Notes under the pieces: generated by a model
What the model was told of the DNA's origin: nothing
Database searches by the model: none
Seen by the model: the letters and a program-made list of their open reading frames with translations, nothing else
Part shown: positions 1 to 11,592 of the stretch, one piece after another
Layout of the letters: every line of letters begins with the position of its first letter
Numbering within the stretch: the first letter of the stretch is position 1
Origin: Lytechinus pictus
Lineage: Eukaryota
Assembly: GCF_037042905.1 (NCBI RefSeq)
Contig: NC_087250.1
Coordinates: 7,690,001-7,754,000 of the forward strand
DNA: 64,000 nt
Direction of reading: 5' to 3'
Translations under genes and position numbers: made by a program

Positions 1-213
1 CACTCAGTCGTAGACCAGTCGGATCGAAACGTGTGCGGTGGCCTTATGACCATGGCCTAGGTTAACACAAGGCTATAGGGTGAAGCAAGGTCGGTGTGGG
101 CTAGACAGATGGACTGACAGACTAATTGATGGACGTACAGACTGACAAAGGTTTAGTGGAACAGAAATGAGAGAAAGAGAGAGGGAGTGAGTGATAAAGT
201 GATCATAATAGAC

Positions 214-364
214 CAGGGGTCCGTTGCAGAAAGAGTTGCGTTTAAACGCAAGCCAATAAATCAATCGCAAGTCCCAAATGCGCGCTGTTGATTGGTTGAA
301 AATCAAGTTGCGCATGATATTTAGAGTTGCGATTGATTGCAACTCTTTCTGCAACGGGCCCCTG
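214..364. mobile_element. Non-autonomous MITE, PIF/Harbinger-like
   Basis: TIRs CAGGGGTCCGTTGCAGAAAGAGTTGC / GCAACTCTTTCTGCAACGGGCCCCTG; related TIRs at 22933-23202 and 58993-59266. Confidence 0.8.
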
Positions 365-475
365 TTCCCTTAGGACTATAAATACAGAAAAAGAGAAGCA
401 GAGATAGAGAGAAAGAGCCAGAGATGTGGAAATTAATAGAGAGTTCAGAATGTTTGTATTTAAGGTACCGATAAG

Positions 476-914
476 TATGGAAGCTTAAAAGTGCCACCCA
501 GATGCTCATATAATCATCTCATCATGTCTACATCTCTTAGGGAAAAGGTTAAGATGACAAGATCTTAGATCTCGTCATGTCTACATCCTGTAAGAGAGAT
601 GATCAAATGACGAGATCTTGGTTCTCGTCATGTCTACATCTTGTGGGAGAGATGATCAGATGGCAAGATCTTGTATCCTAGATCTTGCCATCTGATCATC
701 TCTTCTAAAAGATGAAGACATGACGAGATCCAAGGTATTGTCATCTCTTCCACAGGATGTAGACATGACGAGATCCAAGATCTTGTCATCTGATCATCTC
801 TCCCAAGGGATGTAGACATGACGAGATCTCGATCTCGTCATCCTTTTCTCTACGAGATGTAGACATGACGAGATGATTATATGGACATCCGGGTGGCACT
901 TTTAAGCTTCCATA
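476..914. mobile_element. Palindromic foldback MITE with TA ends (Tc1/mariner-type)
   Basis: TATGGAAGCTTAAAAGTGCCACCC at left, exact reverse complement at right; internal inverted subrepeats GATCTCGTCATGTCTACATC. Confidence 0.85.
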
Positions 915-940
915 GATAAAGAACTTGAATGTTAAAAAAA

Positions 941-1141
941 GGGCAATTCCATAAAACATGTATGTCCATCTGCCTATAAGCTGGACCTTCCTCGAACGAT
1001 TTGCCTCTATTACTACTTCATATGAACAGTTATGATGCTCTCAAATTGTCACTGTTTGAGAATGTCAAGAAATGAAGAAAAGAAGTGAGAAAAATGAGGG
1101 GTCGGGCATATAAAAAGATTGACCATTTTATGGAATTGCCC
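941..1141. mobile_element. MITE with GGGCAATTCCATA TIRs
   Basis: Terminal inverted repeats; second copy in opposite orientation at 20764-20970; related TIRs at 18248-18703. Confidence 0.8.
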
Positions 1142-2727
1142 CAGATAGAAAAGAGTCACCATGAACGCGACTGAATTGAACGGACAACTTGTAAAGCTTA
1201 CTGACCAAGAGAAGTTTTGTGCATGGCCTCTACCTTGCTAATTGTATATTCCATGTGTATAGGGATGTTCAGATATTGCGCAATATTAACCTCCCGAATA
1301 GGGCAATGGCAACATCGACACTAACACTGGTCCACAGTTTTAGGCCATTAAAATCTTTGTCGGGACAGTTCATGGCTAAATTTGCTAGCCCGTCATGAGC
1401 AGTTCAAAAATAACTTGTCAAGCCATTAGAAGAACGATAATGAAATAGATCTTTCGGCCTTCTTATCTTTGGTATGAAAACAGAAAAGTTATTGCGATTT
1501 ATTATGCAATGTCTGAACGTGCCCTCATGTTTTCATAATCATTATTCCATATTGTGTATACTTCACTAAGTTTATTCAGAACCTTAAAGATATATCCAAT
1601 ATAGGACCAGCATTTCCTCATTAACTATTTATTTCTGACTAATGTATATTTGATGTCACAAATTCTAAGTAGTATGACAAGTTTTGAAATCATTGAATGT
1701 GCATGAAAGTGGTTCATTTGAATTCATGAATTTTCCAGTTGAAATTAGCCCATTTTAACTTTTCATTGAGCTTGAAGACAAAGTAACTTTTTATTGGATT
1801 CCAAATCATAGTATGTTCAGCTGCTAAATCAATCATAATTATTATCATTAAGGTCAAACAAGAATGATGAAAGGTTCATTAACCAACTCAATTAATAGGC
1901 GTGTTCAGACCGCCTCAAAGTGTGAGAATACCGTACTAGGTATTCTCTAACCAGAGAATTTACCCTGATCTACCCGATCATAAAATGCCAGGTATTTTTG
2001 CCAATGTGAGAGCAAAATACTCGTAATATTCCCAAAAGAAAATACCCGCTCAATAGTAGGCACTTGCCGAAATTACAAGAACATTCGCAGGGCCGTGGAT
2101 ATTCTGGCAGTGCGAATGAAAATTTTAGGTACTTTCAGCAACTTTCTCAACCCAGCGAGCAGCTGGGCATGAGTGTGGACTCGCCTGCTAATCAGCCCGT
2201 GTGCATGCTTGTAGAAAACTGTAAGAACACGCCCCAAAAGTGTCTGTTTTGGGTCGGTGTGAATGCAGACAATAATTATTATGTATGATGATGATGAAAT
2301 AATTTGAAATCTAATATACCACGTCGCTTGTCAATAAGGAAGGGGTATCAGAAATTTAAAAAATTCTTCGGTTATTCACACATCTAATTATTTTTAAAGG
2401 CTGAAATATTCAGCTATTGATTATAGAGGTGAATACATTAAAAATGATATCATAAATGCGGACATTTGGATGATAAAACTCCTCTGATTATGATGATAAT
2501 GAAATATTTGTAATCTAATAATACCATGTAGCATGCATATGTAATGATGGTTTATCATAATTGACATAGCATGCATTATTCATGTAAATATTTTTACTAG
2601 TATAATTGATTTGATATCTCTTATTTATTATCATGTTCGTTTTGTTACCGAATAATTGTATTGTATATATTGTATGTTATTGCCAAATTGAAACCACCAA
2701 TATTACAGGCTGTTTTCATGCGATTCA

Positions 2728-3303
2728 AGGAAACCACAACCCAAGAAGAGAAGCAATTTTATTGGAAAGAGTAAAACAAGAGGAACAATTTAAAACAAGT
2801 TTCACCAAAATCGGTTGTGAAATAAGCAAGTTATGGACATTTAAAAAGTCTTGTACTTTCTATGGGTATCCTCAAATTGGCAAACATGCTTCAAAATGGC
2901 TGATTTTGTGGACAACCTTCCACTTGTTTTGTACACAAATTTTCAGATTTTCCCCTTTATTTTACATATTTCACATCATTTCCTCCTGACCTTGACATAT
3001 GTGGTGTGAATTATATTTTCCCATGACATATGTTGTGCTCAGAAGGAGGAAAGATGCAATTTGAAAGATAATGGGAAAAATCTGAAAAATTGTGTACAAA
3101 ACAAATGGAGACTTGTCCACAAAATCAGCCATTTTGAAGCATGTTTGCCAATTTGAGGATCCCCATAGAAAGTACAACAAGACCCTTTAAACGTCCACAA
3201 CTTGCTTATTTCACTATCGATTTTGATGAAACTTGTTTTAAATTGTTCCTCTCATTTTACTCTTTCCAATAAGATTGTTTCTCTTCTTGGGTTTTGGTTT
3301 CCT
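2728..3303. mobile_element. Kolobok-like palindromic MITE
   Basis: AGGAAACC...GGTTTCCT termini, TTAA on the right (TTCA on the left); arms are reverse complements over almost the full length. Confidence 0.85.
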
Positions 3304-4168
3304 TTAATTTTTCCTAGTTAATCAAGAAGACCAAACGGGCATTAGACGAAGTGGAATTAGACCAAGTGGTAAATTTGTCCCGTGGCCACTAATGTTGTGC
3401 TCCTCTTGGCCGAATTTGGCTATGATGACAATTACATGTATGTGGCCTTGGTATGGCTCTGTTGGGCTTGTTTTGGGGCTTAACTGCTCTTTGGACCCCA
3501 TGGCCCAAAATTCACAAAGGTGGTTTGAAAACCAATGGTTGAACCCATGGTTTATGCAGATTTCCTGTATAAATTGCGCTTATTTACCGCATATATTAAA
3601 AAATGTCCCATGCTGATGCGCGCTTTTGTCACAGTGCACCAAATTGATGCCTGTTGCTGTGGTTATCCACGAGTCCACTGTTTTGATTTAATGAATCTAC
3701 TCTTCAAACAGTGGACTCATTAATTAATAAAAAAGAATAATTAACCATGGCAACAGTTGGCTAATCAATTTTGTTTGGTACCCATCGAAAATTGTGACTA
3801 TTTTTGTTATTTTTTTGTATCATTATTTTAATGTGTACTTCCAAAAGTGTTGTTCAGTGTTTTATATCAATCAATGAGTGCAATGTTTAATAATTGTGTC
3901 TGTTCTGTTAAATTGTAGAGGTACACACATTTCATAGATCCCAGTTTAATCTGCCATAACTCCTCAAATTGGCAACTTTTGTTGATTTTTCTACGTATTT
4001 TCATACTTTGACAAAATTAAAATATGGATTTTGATATCACATGGGTCAGAATGAATGATAGAACTTAGCACACTGATTATAACGAAAAGTTACCAATTTG
4101 ATTTTTTTTTAATCATGAATTTCCAAGTAAAGGAATTGCATCATTTTTTTCTTACTCATGGTAATGCC

Positions 4169-4311
4169 CTGCGGAGCATTTCACGAAAGGACTTGTCGGA
4201 CATTTTATCCGACTGTTACCATAGTAACAGTGCTTATCAGCCAATCAACATCAAGGAAAGTTGTCAGATCTGACAACTTCTCGGATGGAAATATTGATGA
4301 AACACTTTCTG
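4169..4311. mobile_element. Short MITE carrying X-box and CCAAT motifs
   Basis: Homologous to 24200-24362 (CTGGGGAGCATTTCATGAA...ATGAAACGCTCCCCAG); related fragments near 16.2, 23.6, 34.3 and 54.7 kb. Confidence 0.7.
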
Positions 4312-4873
4312 GTGTGAGTAAGAAAAAACAGATAAAACAAGGCTCTACATTCTTCAAATTGGCAATTGGTTTAATCTTCTGATTGTACGTACATGGCTAC
4401 TACATGACTTTCCAAATAAACAAAATATTAAATCAAATTTACATTTGCATAAATTTTTCATTCCCATAGTAGTTCTCATGCATTTGTAGGAAAATATCAG
4501 ATATGTTTGAGGATCTACGTTCTTCAAATTGGCAACCATATTAATCTTTTAATTGTACATGCAGAGAACGGGAGTTCCTCTTAGCAACAGTAAATTGGAA
4601 TTTGTTCATGTGTATGGTTATAGAACATGTTGATGATACTATTTTCAGTGTCGATTATGTTTGTAGCCCATCGAATATCATCTTGGAAATTTCTGTTTCG
4701 TGTCAAAATAAAGAATGCTGACACAACAATTACAATGTTAGAATGTTCAATGCCAGTAATGTTAGTAGCCAATTTATCATCATGTATTATTAAAGCCAAG
4801 GATGATGTAAACAAATGCCAAACATAATTTATTATAAGACAAATGAGGTGCTAATAGGGGTAAAATAATGTAT

Positions 4874-5328
4874 GACCCTGTTCTCATTACACTTTCTAAA
4901 ACTAGTTTACTGGAAACCGGTTCAGGAAACCAGTTTTGAAAATCGCTTTGCTAGCGTTCCCATTTGATCACATGATAATGGTTTTCAAAATCACTTCATG
5001 TAAAGTGATCTTGTTGCCATGGGAACGCTTTCAGTGGGGTGACACGTTTCGCGTGGAATTCGAAACCGCAGCGTAGGCTTTCTACACACACACACACACA
5101 CAGTGTGTGGAGTAGTGTGCTCAAAATGTGCGAAGATCGATTCTCGAAGAACGGTTGTTCCTCACACTAAAACCAATTTAACGAGGCAAAGCGATCTTGA
5201 AAACTACATCGCGAGGTGGTTTTATGAACCGCTTTGGAAGATAGCTTCCAAGATCGCTTCGACCATTCTCATTATACGTTAAACTAGTTCCACTTAACTA
5301 GTTTTAGGAAGGTAGTGAGAACGGTGTC
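4874..5328. mobile_element. PIF/Harbinger-like MITE
   Basis: GACCCTGTTCTCATTAC / GTAGTGAGAACGGTGTC TIRs; closely similar partial copy at 44613-44911. Confidence 0.8.
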
Positions 5329-5635
5329 TTTATTCATGTCCAATATGAAATCCTCAGTATACTGCTCGAGCAATCCCATGTACATTTCTATGTAGGCTCA
5401 GCTTGTCATAATTGTAAATTATTTAGAATGTCTTTTTAAAAGAGATTGTCCAAATTTGTAAATTCAAAAGTTGCATGGTTTGTAAATAAATCTGAACATT
5501 GTCAATGTTAAAAGTCATGATGCATGTTTGTGATGTACTGTATCGGGGTAGAAAATTAATTTTTGTATTTTTTAAGTTTTTTTTTTCAACTTTGGCGCTA
5601 TTGCTGAATTTGGGTGGCTGTGTCTTCCATTGTAA

Positions 5636-6222
5636 AGGTCAAGTCCACCCCAAAAAAATCTTGATTGAATAGAGAAGAATCAAACTAACATAACACTGAA
5701 AATTTAATCAAAATCGGATGTAAAATGAGTTATAGTTATGACATTTTAATGTTTCGCTTATTTTTCCCAAAACAATGATATGCATAACTCGGTGAAATGC
5801 AAATGAGGCAGTCAATGATGTCCCTCACTCACTATTTCTTTGTTTTTAATCACTTGAATTATACAATTTTTCATATTTTACAGATTTGACAATAAAGACC
5901 AACTTGACTGAACCATATAGTATAAAAAAATGCTAATTCCACATTTTCAGAGAGGAATTAATCATTGTTTCACTTAACAATGAGGAGAAAATTTGAATAT
6001 TTTAAAATTATAAAATACAAAGAAATGGTGGATGACATCATAAGTCTCCTCATTTTTATGCCGACCAGGATTTGCATATAATTGTTATGTGAAATTAAGG
6101 GAAATTTTAAAATGTCCTTACTTTCTTATTTTACATGCGATTTTGATGAAATTTTCAGTGTTATGCTTGTTGGATTTTTCTCTTTTTATTCAAATCAACT
6201 TTTTTGGGGGTGGACTTGACCT
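5636..6222. mobile_element. Kolobok-like MITE, main family
   Basis: AGGTCAAGTCCACCCC / GGGGTGGACTTGACCT TIRs; same family at 30652, 48915, 53426 and 56241. Confidence 0.9.
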
Positions 6223-6369
6223 TTTAAGAAAATGCAATAAGAGATCGCAATGCTTGAGTCACGTTGAATGAAAGCGACCGACGGTATGTCATTGGTAATA
6301 ATGCAATAGTGTTTAGTCGGTGTGGAGTGGGTTTTGCCATTGTGACTGAGGCATAAGGGATAGTGAGGG

Positions 6370-6965
6370 AGAGAGAGAGTGAGACTACATGGATGGATGA
6401 GAAGTGGTTGATAGATAGATGGATGGATAGATAGGTAGATATAGATAGAGAGGTAGATAGATAAATAGATGGATTAATGGATGGATGGATAGATATATAG
6501 GTAGGTAGGTAGATAGATAGACAAACAGATAGATAGACAGATAGATAGATAGTGGAGCGTTGTGGCCCAGTGGATTACTCTCCGTACTTTGAAACAGAGG
6601 GTCGTTGGTTCAAATCCTAGCCATGGTGTAATTTCCTTCGGCAAGGAATTCATCCACAGTGTGCTGCACTCGACCCAGGTGAGGTAAATGGGTACCGGCA
6701 GGAAGTAATTCCTCAAAAAGTTGTGTGCACCGGGGCCTGAATAGGTAGCTTAGCTTAGTCGGGTTGATAATAATAGCAAGGCCCGCTGGGAGAACAGTTT
6801 TCGGAACTGAAGTGGCTACCCTGGGTAAATATAGTGTACTGTTGTTATATTATTATAGATAAATAGATGGATGGATTAATGGATGGATGGATAGATAGAT
6901 AGATGGACTGTATATGGATAATGGATATGGATGGAGGGATGGATGAAAAGTGGTGGATAGATGGA
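6370..6965. repeat. (GATA)n/(GGAT)n microsatellite split by a SINE
   Basis: GATA/GGAT tetranucleotide runs on both sides of 6554-6856. Confidence 0.9.
6554..6856 (+). mobile_element. tRNA-derived SINE with CORE-like central domain
   Basis: A box TGGCCCAGTGG, B box GGTTCAAATCC, central CCTTCGGCAAGG...CACTCGACCCAGGTG...AAATGGGTACC, (TTA)n-like tail. Confidence 0.85.
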
Positions 6966-7103
6966 TTGATAAATAATACTTACCGGTACATAGATTGATG
7001 ATAAATAAATTCTAATATGATAGATATAAGAAGGAGTATGAAATATGAGAGATGGACAGAGAAAGAGTTTAGTGGAGTATTGAGAAAGAGCTCGATACCA
7101 TTG

Positions 7104-7494
7104 GGGGTAAATTGCCAATTCGTCCACTCACCAATGGTCTACCTTCATTTAGTCTAATGCCATTCCGTCCATCAACATTTTATCTAAAAACCATTTAGTC
7201 CAACAACCATTTGGTCCAATCATCACTTCGTCTAATCACCATTTTGTCTATTACCATTTCGTCTAATAACCAGTTGGTCTAATACCCATTTTCTTATCAT
7301 TCATTTTGCACAATTAACACTTTAGTTTAATGAGACCAAATGGTATATGGACTAAATGGCTATTGGACCAACTGGTTATTAGACGGAATGGCATTGGACT
7401 AAATGAAAGTAGACCATGTGGTGAGTAGACGAACTGATGATAGACCAAATGGTAGTAGACGAGTTGGCTATTGGACGAATTGGAAATAAATCCC
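7104..7494. mobile_element. Palindromic MITE with about 17-bp internal subrepeats
   Basis: Arms of CCATTTGGTCCAA/TTGGACCAAATGG-type units; copies at 13764-14186, 42510-42888 and 52954-53350. Confidence 0.85.
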
Positions 7495-7519
7495 ATGGGG
7501 CAGAGCAAGTAGAACATTT

Positions 7520-7687
7520 CAGGGGCCGCGGAACGGTTTTCAAAGTGGGGGGGGGGGAGGGCTGATCATGCAAAAATATCACAATCATAATGGTAATTTT
7601 TACGTTTTTGTACACGGTTTTGGAAAAAAAGTGGGGGCTGAAGCCCCCCCCCCCCCCCCCCCCCCCCCCCCGCTTCCGCGGCCCCTG
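7520..7687. mobile_element. Short GC-ended MITE
   Basis: CAGGGGCCGCGGAA / TTCCGCGGCCCCTG TIRs with internal G and C runs. Confidence 0.8.
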
Positions 7688-7699
7688 CATTAAACGTAC

Positions 7700-7807
7700 C
7701 TTGGAAGCTTTGTTACCCTGGGTTTTCACGAGTAGATGCGATCGTATATCCGGGAGGCAGTCAAATCAATGAATGACACAGGAAATCCTGCTTTCTTGGG
7801 CTTTCGT
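7700..7807 (-). other. Candidate non-coding exon of a minus-strand transcript
   Basis: Acceptor TTTCATGTAATACAG and donor AAG|GTACGT; stops in all three frames; a further minus-strand donor AAG|GTAGGC lies near 8878. Confidence 0.3.
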
Positions 7808-9570
7808 CTGTATTACATGAAACAGGATTTCCGAAATCATTGATTGATCACACTGCAATTATCTCAATTCAAGAGCATCTGGTAGAAGTAAACATTTTAT
7901 AATGTCTAGATCATTTCATTCTTTTGATACAATGTGCCAAAATGGAGGAAAAAAGTTTCACAGGGACAATTAAAAAAAAAATGGTTATCATTGGCAAGAA
8001 AATTAAGAAAAAAAATCCTCTTTAGTATCCGCCAAATTAGGCAAAGGCGAAGGGCGGGGGGGGGGGGGGGGTAATCATATTTCAAGGGGCGGGGAAAAGT
8101 TCCTTCTTTTCAATTCTTTTAAAAATAAATTTTTAAAATATATCTGTGCTAAATGAAATTAAATCACTGATTTGTACCGGGGGAGGGGGGGGGGGTAGGT
8201 GTAGGTTAAATAATTTTTATATGATTATGATTTGTATGGTTTTTCTTTGTTTTTTAATGATTTCACTTCTATGTCTGATGGTCAACTTCCTTTACTTTAT
8301 GGTAATCATAGCCTTTTTGCAAGTACACTGGCTCCATGGAAGACCAGCAGCAATGCATTATTGCAGCTGAATATGTACTACCAGCCGTATAATTTACTTT
8401 ATTCCTTACCTTTTATTGTTGTATCTCAACATTGACCTCATCATCTCATGTTATAATTATGTATTTGTATGTACTTCGTATTTGTTATTTCATATACGGA
8501 AATAAAACAAACAAAATAGTATTTTGGCAGATCATCCAGAGTTCCAGGCCTAGCCCCGGCAACCGTGTAGCCAGGCTTTAATTTTGGAGGGGGCGGTAAG
8601 TGCACGCGAAGCGCGCTCCCTATAGATAGGGGGAGGGTGCAGGGAGGGGGGAGTTTCCCCGAGTTTCGCCCCTCCCGCGCGGAGCGCGATATTTTTGATA
8701 TCTCATCAAATCCCAATCAAGAAAAGGCATCTCTTGTGTCTCTAGTACCCTTATCAACTCGAATATTGACTTGCTGTGATTAAAAAAATATGTTTTCGAA
8801 AGAATTGTGAGCGCTCCAAAAAGCTTAAAACGTTTTGTAAAAATAGAGAACAGAAATGATACAATATTATGCCTACCTTGGTCACATCAGATTTGATTGT
8901 AAAAAGTTTATCCACATTAAATTTCGTTAACTCGATTTAGTCGCCAAACAGAGTAGAAGACGGGTATCAGGAAATAGGCGCTATTCCTTCCCGCGAATGG
9001 CGTTGAAGCTCTGAATTTTAGAAATTTTTCCGAAACTTTAACCTGTTTTAATTATGATATTTCTTGGAGTATATATAACTCGATTAAGAAGAAAAACGAG
9101 CTCAAAAATTGGATGATGCACGCAAAAAGAAGGACTTTTCCTTTCCCATGCTCGCGAAGCACGGAAACCTCTGTGATTTATTTTGGAAGAAAAAAATTGT
9201 GTAATTTCGCTCATATTAAGTGCTCCCTTTTGTTTGATTAAGAAACTTCAGCGATATTCAAAATTTCAAATCAATGGCGCAAAACAAGACCCCGGAACAA
9301 GACAGGAGACGGATGTGCAGCGACATACATGTAGAATAAATTTTGATATCGTACGTACTTTTGCATATAGCACGGCACGAATTTAAAATGCCTCCCGGCC
9401 CTTTGAGCAGATACTTTGCAAAAAATTACTTACTGAAAAGCGGTAGAAATAGCTATGTTTACCTGCTCCGAACAGAAGAGCAAAAATTTTGGGTCAATGC
9501 AATAAAAAAAAAATACTTTTCATAATCTTTACACCTATGTATACTTTATAATTTCTGGCAAGAATATACG

Positions 9571-9949
9571 ATTCCCACAGCCGGGAAGCGAAATTATTTT
9601 TCCCACCGAGTTCTGGACCAACATATGAATATTCATGACTTGCGTCTTCGGATTGAGAGTACGCATGCGCGTGGACCAGTGCCGATCGTAAGCATTCACG
9701 TTGCTCAGAATGAATTAGCATCGTCAAATTACCGGTACCCTTACATAGTTACATATGTCTTATAGGCTTAGATCTATATATATATATATATCCAATTCTT
9801 AAACACTTAATAAACTAGCTGCCATTAATGGCAAGACATGTGCTAGGGTAGGGCTAGCTTAGGCTCGCGCATTAACTTTACCTAAAATCTGGACCTGTCT
9901 AATTAATGCCTAGTATGATCAGTGTTGTAGTGCCTTGATGCTCGGCCTT
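9571..9949 (+). repeat. Left arm of a long inverted duplication (partner 11177-11592)
   Basis: Reverse complement aligns colinearly with 11177-11592 apart from small indels. Confidence 0.9.
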
Positions 9950-11024
9950 ATTTTTAGGACTCTTGTCAGTTTTCATATTTTTTTCTGCTTACAACCACTT
10001 TTATTAAACAGTTAATTAATCATTAATTATTAATACTTATTGATAATATTAATAATTATTAATTATTAAATTATCTTTTGTTAATTATTATTTCTTGAAA
10101 CCATATTGACACAAAAACAAATACGTTGTTTATTTCCTTGAAACTGTAGAGAAATGAGATTCAATGTTGAACGATATATGATTAAAAAGAAGTAAACATT
10201 TTCCCCCTTTGTTTTGTCAATCTGACCCAAAACAAATATAAAGTTTAGAAGAGCGATAGAGAGAAGAAGAAGTCCCACCACCAAGAATAAACTTAGAAGA
10301 GGGGGGAAAGGGAAAGGAAAAGATGGAGTAAATGTGATATTATTTTTTAAACAATCTATTGCAAAATTAGCTTTTCTTATAGAAAGAGGGGGACAAATTT
10401 TGTTCACTCGCTCGCTTCAATCGCTTTCTTCTTTTTTTTTGACAGAAATTTTGCTCTATATATGCCATGCTTGGCCCCTCAAAGACAAAGTTTCTGGCTC
10501 ATCATGCCATTGACATAACCCATTTGGATATGACAAAATTGAAGACTGTGTTCAAGTTTACCAAATCTTTTCAGAATATCATTAAGACTTAAAACATTCT
10601 TGTTGGCCAAAGAAAATAATACAAGGAAAATCCTAATGGAATAGAAATCAACCTTGTTATCGTTCTTTAGAGTTAGCTATGTTTAAAGTATGAAAATTGT
10701 TGTCAAAATTGCAGTCAGATGACAAAATTTATTCTTGAAAGCACTATTATCTTGATCATGATCATTATTATTTACTGTCATTATCATCATTAGTCATGAT
10801 TACAACACATTACCAATACATAATGCTATTTTTCATAACTGATGTATTCTTTGTTTGAAAATTCTTGATAATGGTAACAATTACAATTGATGACACTGAT
10901 AGTACACTTACTACTGCTGCTGCTAATGTTACTGGTGACTGGTAGTATTGACCATTAGTGTCATTAAATATACAAAACAATTGAAACATTTATAATTACT
11001 TATTTAAAACAAATGAAAGTACAA

Positions 11025-11206
11025 AATGCCTTGAAAAGGCCTTAAAAATGCCTTAAAAATGCCTTGAAATTTCAAGGCTCAAAATCCTCAAGGCCATTAA
11101 GGCCCTCTCAAGGCCAAGGTTTGAATGTTCAAGGCCAAGGCTTTGAAAAAAGTAGGCCTTGAGGCGCCTTAAGGCCAAGGCCGAGCATCAAGGCACTACA
11201 ACACTG
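11025..11206 (-). mobile_element. hAT-like element end with AAGGCC-type subterminal repeats
   Basis: Terminus CAGTGTTGTAGTGCCTTGATGCTCGG on the minus strand, followed by many GCCTTGA/AAGGCC repeats. Confidence 0.6.
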
Positions 11207-11592
11207 ATTACTACTAGGCATTAGACAGGTCCAGATTTGAGGTAAAGTTAATAGGACCTGCGGTCTGACTGGCTATATATAGCCTAAGCGAGCCCTAGCC
11301 TAGCACATGTCTTGCCATTAATGGCAGCTAGTTTGATAAGTGTTTAAGAATTGGATATATATATGTATAGATCTAAGCCTGTAAGGCCTATGTAACTATG
11401 TAAGGGTACCGGTAATTTGACGATGCTAATTCTGAGCAACTGAACGTGAATGCTTACGACCGGCACTACATGGATGGTCGAGGCGAAGTCCACGCGCATG
11501 CGTACTCTTAATCCGAAGACGCAAGTCATGAATATTCATAATTGGTCCAGAACTCGGTGGGAAAAATAATTTCGCAGCCGGCGAGGGGAAAA
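11177..11592 (-). repeat. Right arm of the long inverted duplication
   Basis: Shares GCGAAATTATTTTTCCCACCGAGTTCTGGACCAA, ATGAATATTCAT and GTACGCATGCGCGT with the left arm. Confidence 0.9.

Larger units (their letters stand above)
1202..4850 (-). pseudogene. Decayed multi-Ig-domain membrane receptor, copy A (interrupted by MITEs)
   Basis: Minus-strand hand translation: acceptor at 4851; leader LICLIINYVWHLFTSSLA then NITGIEHSNIVI..DIRW; SLHVQLKD*YGCQF (4526-4567); FTWKF; LPI*GVMAD*TGIYEMC (3925-3975); KHEGTFRHC (1506-1532); TM-like LWTSVSVDVAIALFGRLIL; donor GTAAGC after 1202; many stops and frameshifts. Confidence 0.6.

Noticed and set aside
2633..3180. ORFs of 118 and 69 aa, and recurring LILHPILMKFS ORFs elsewhere
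   Set aside because: They lie in MITE arms; the similarity reflects repeat copies
6554..6625. tRNA gene (also heads at 13061, 14930 and 51619)
   Set aside because: No complete cloverleaf or terminator; each continues into a SINE body
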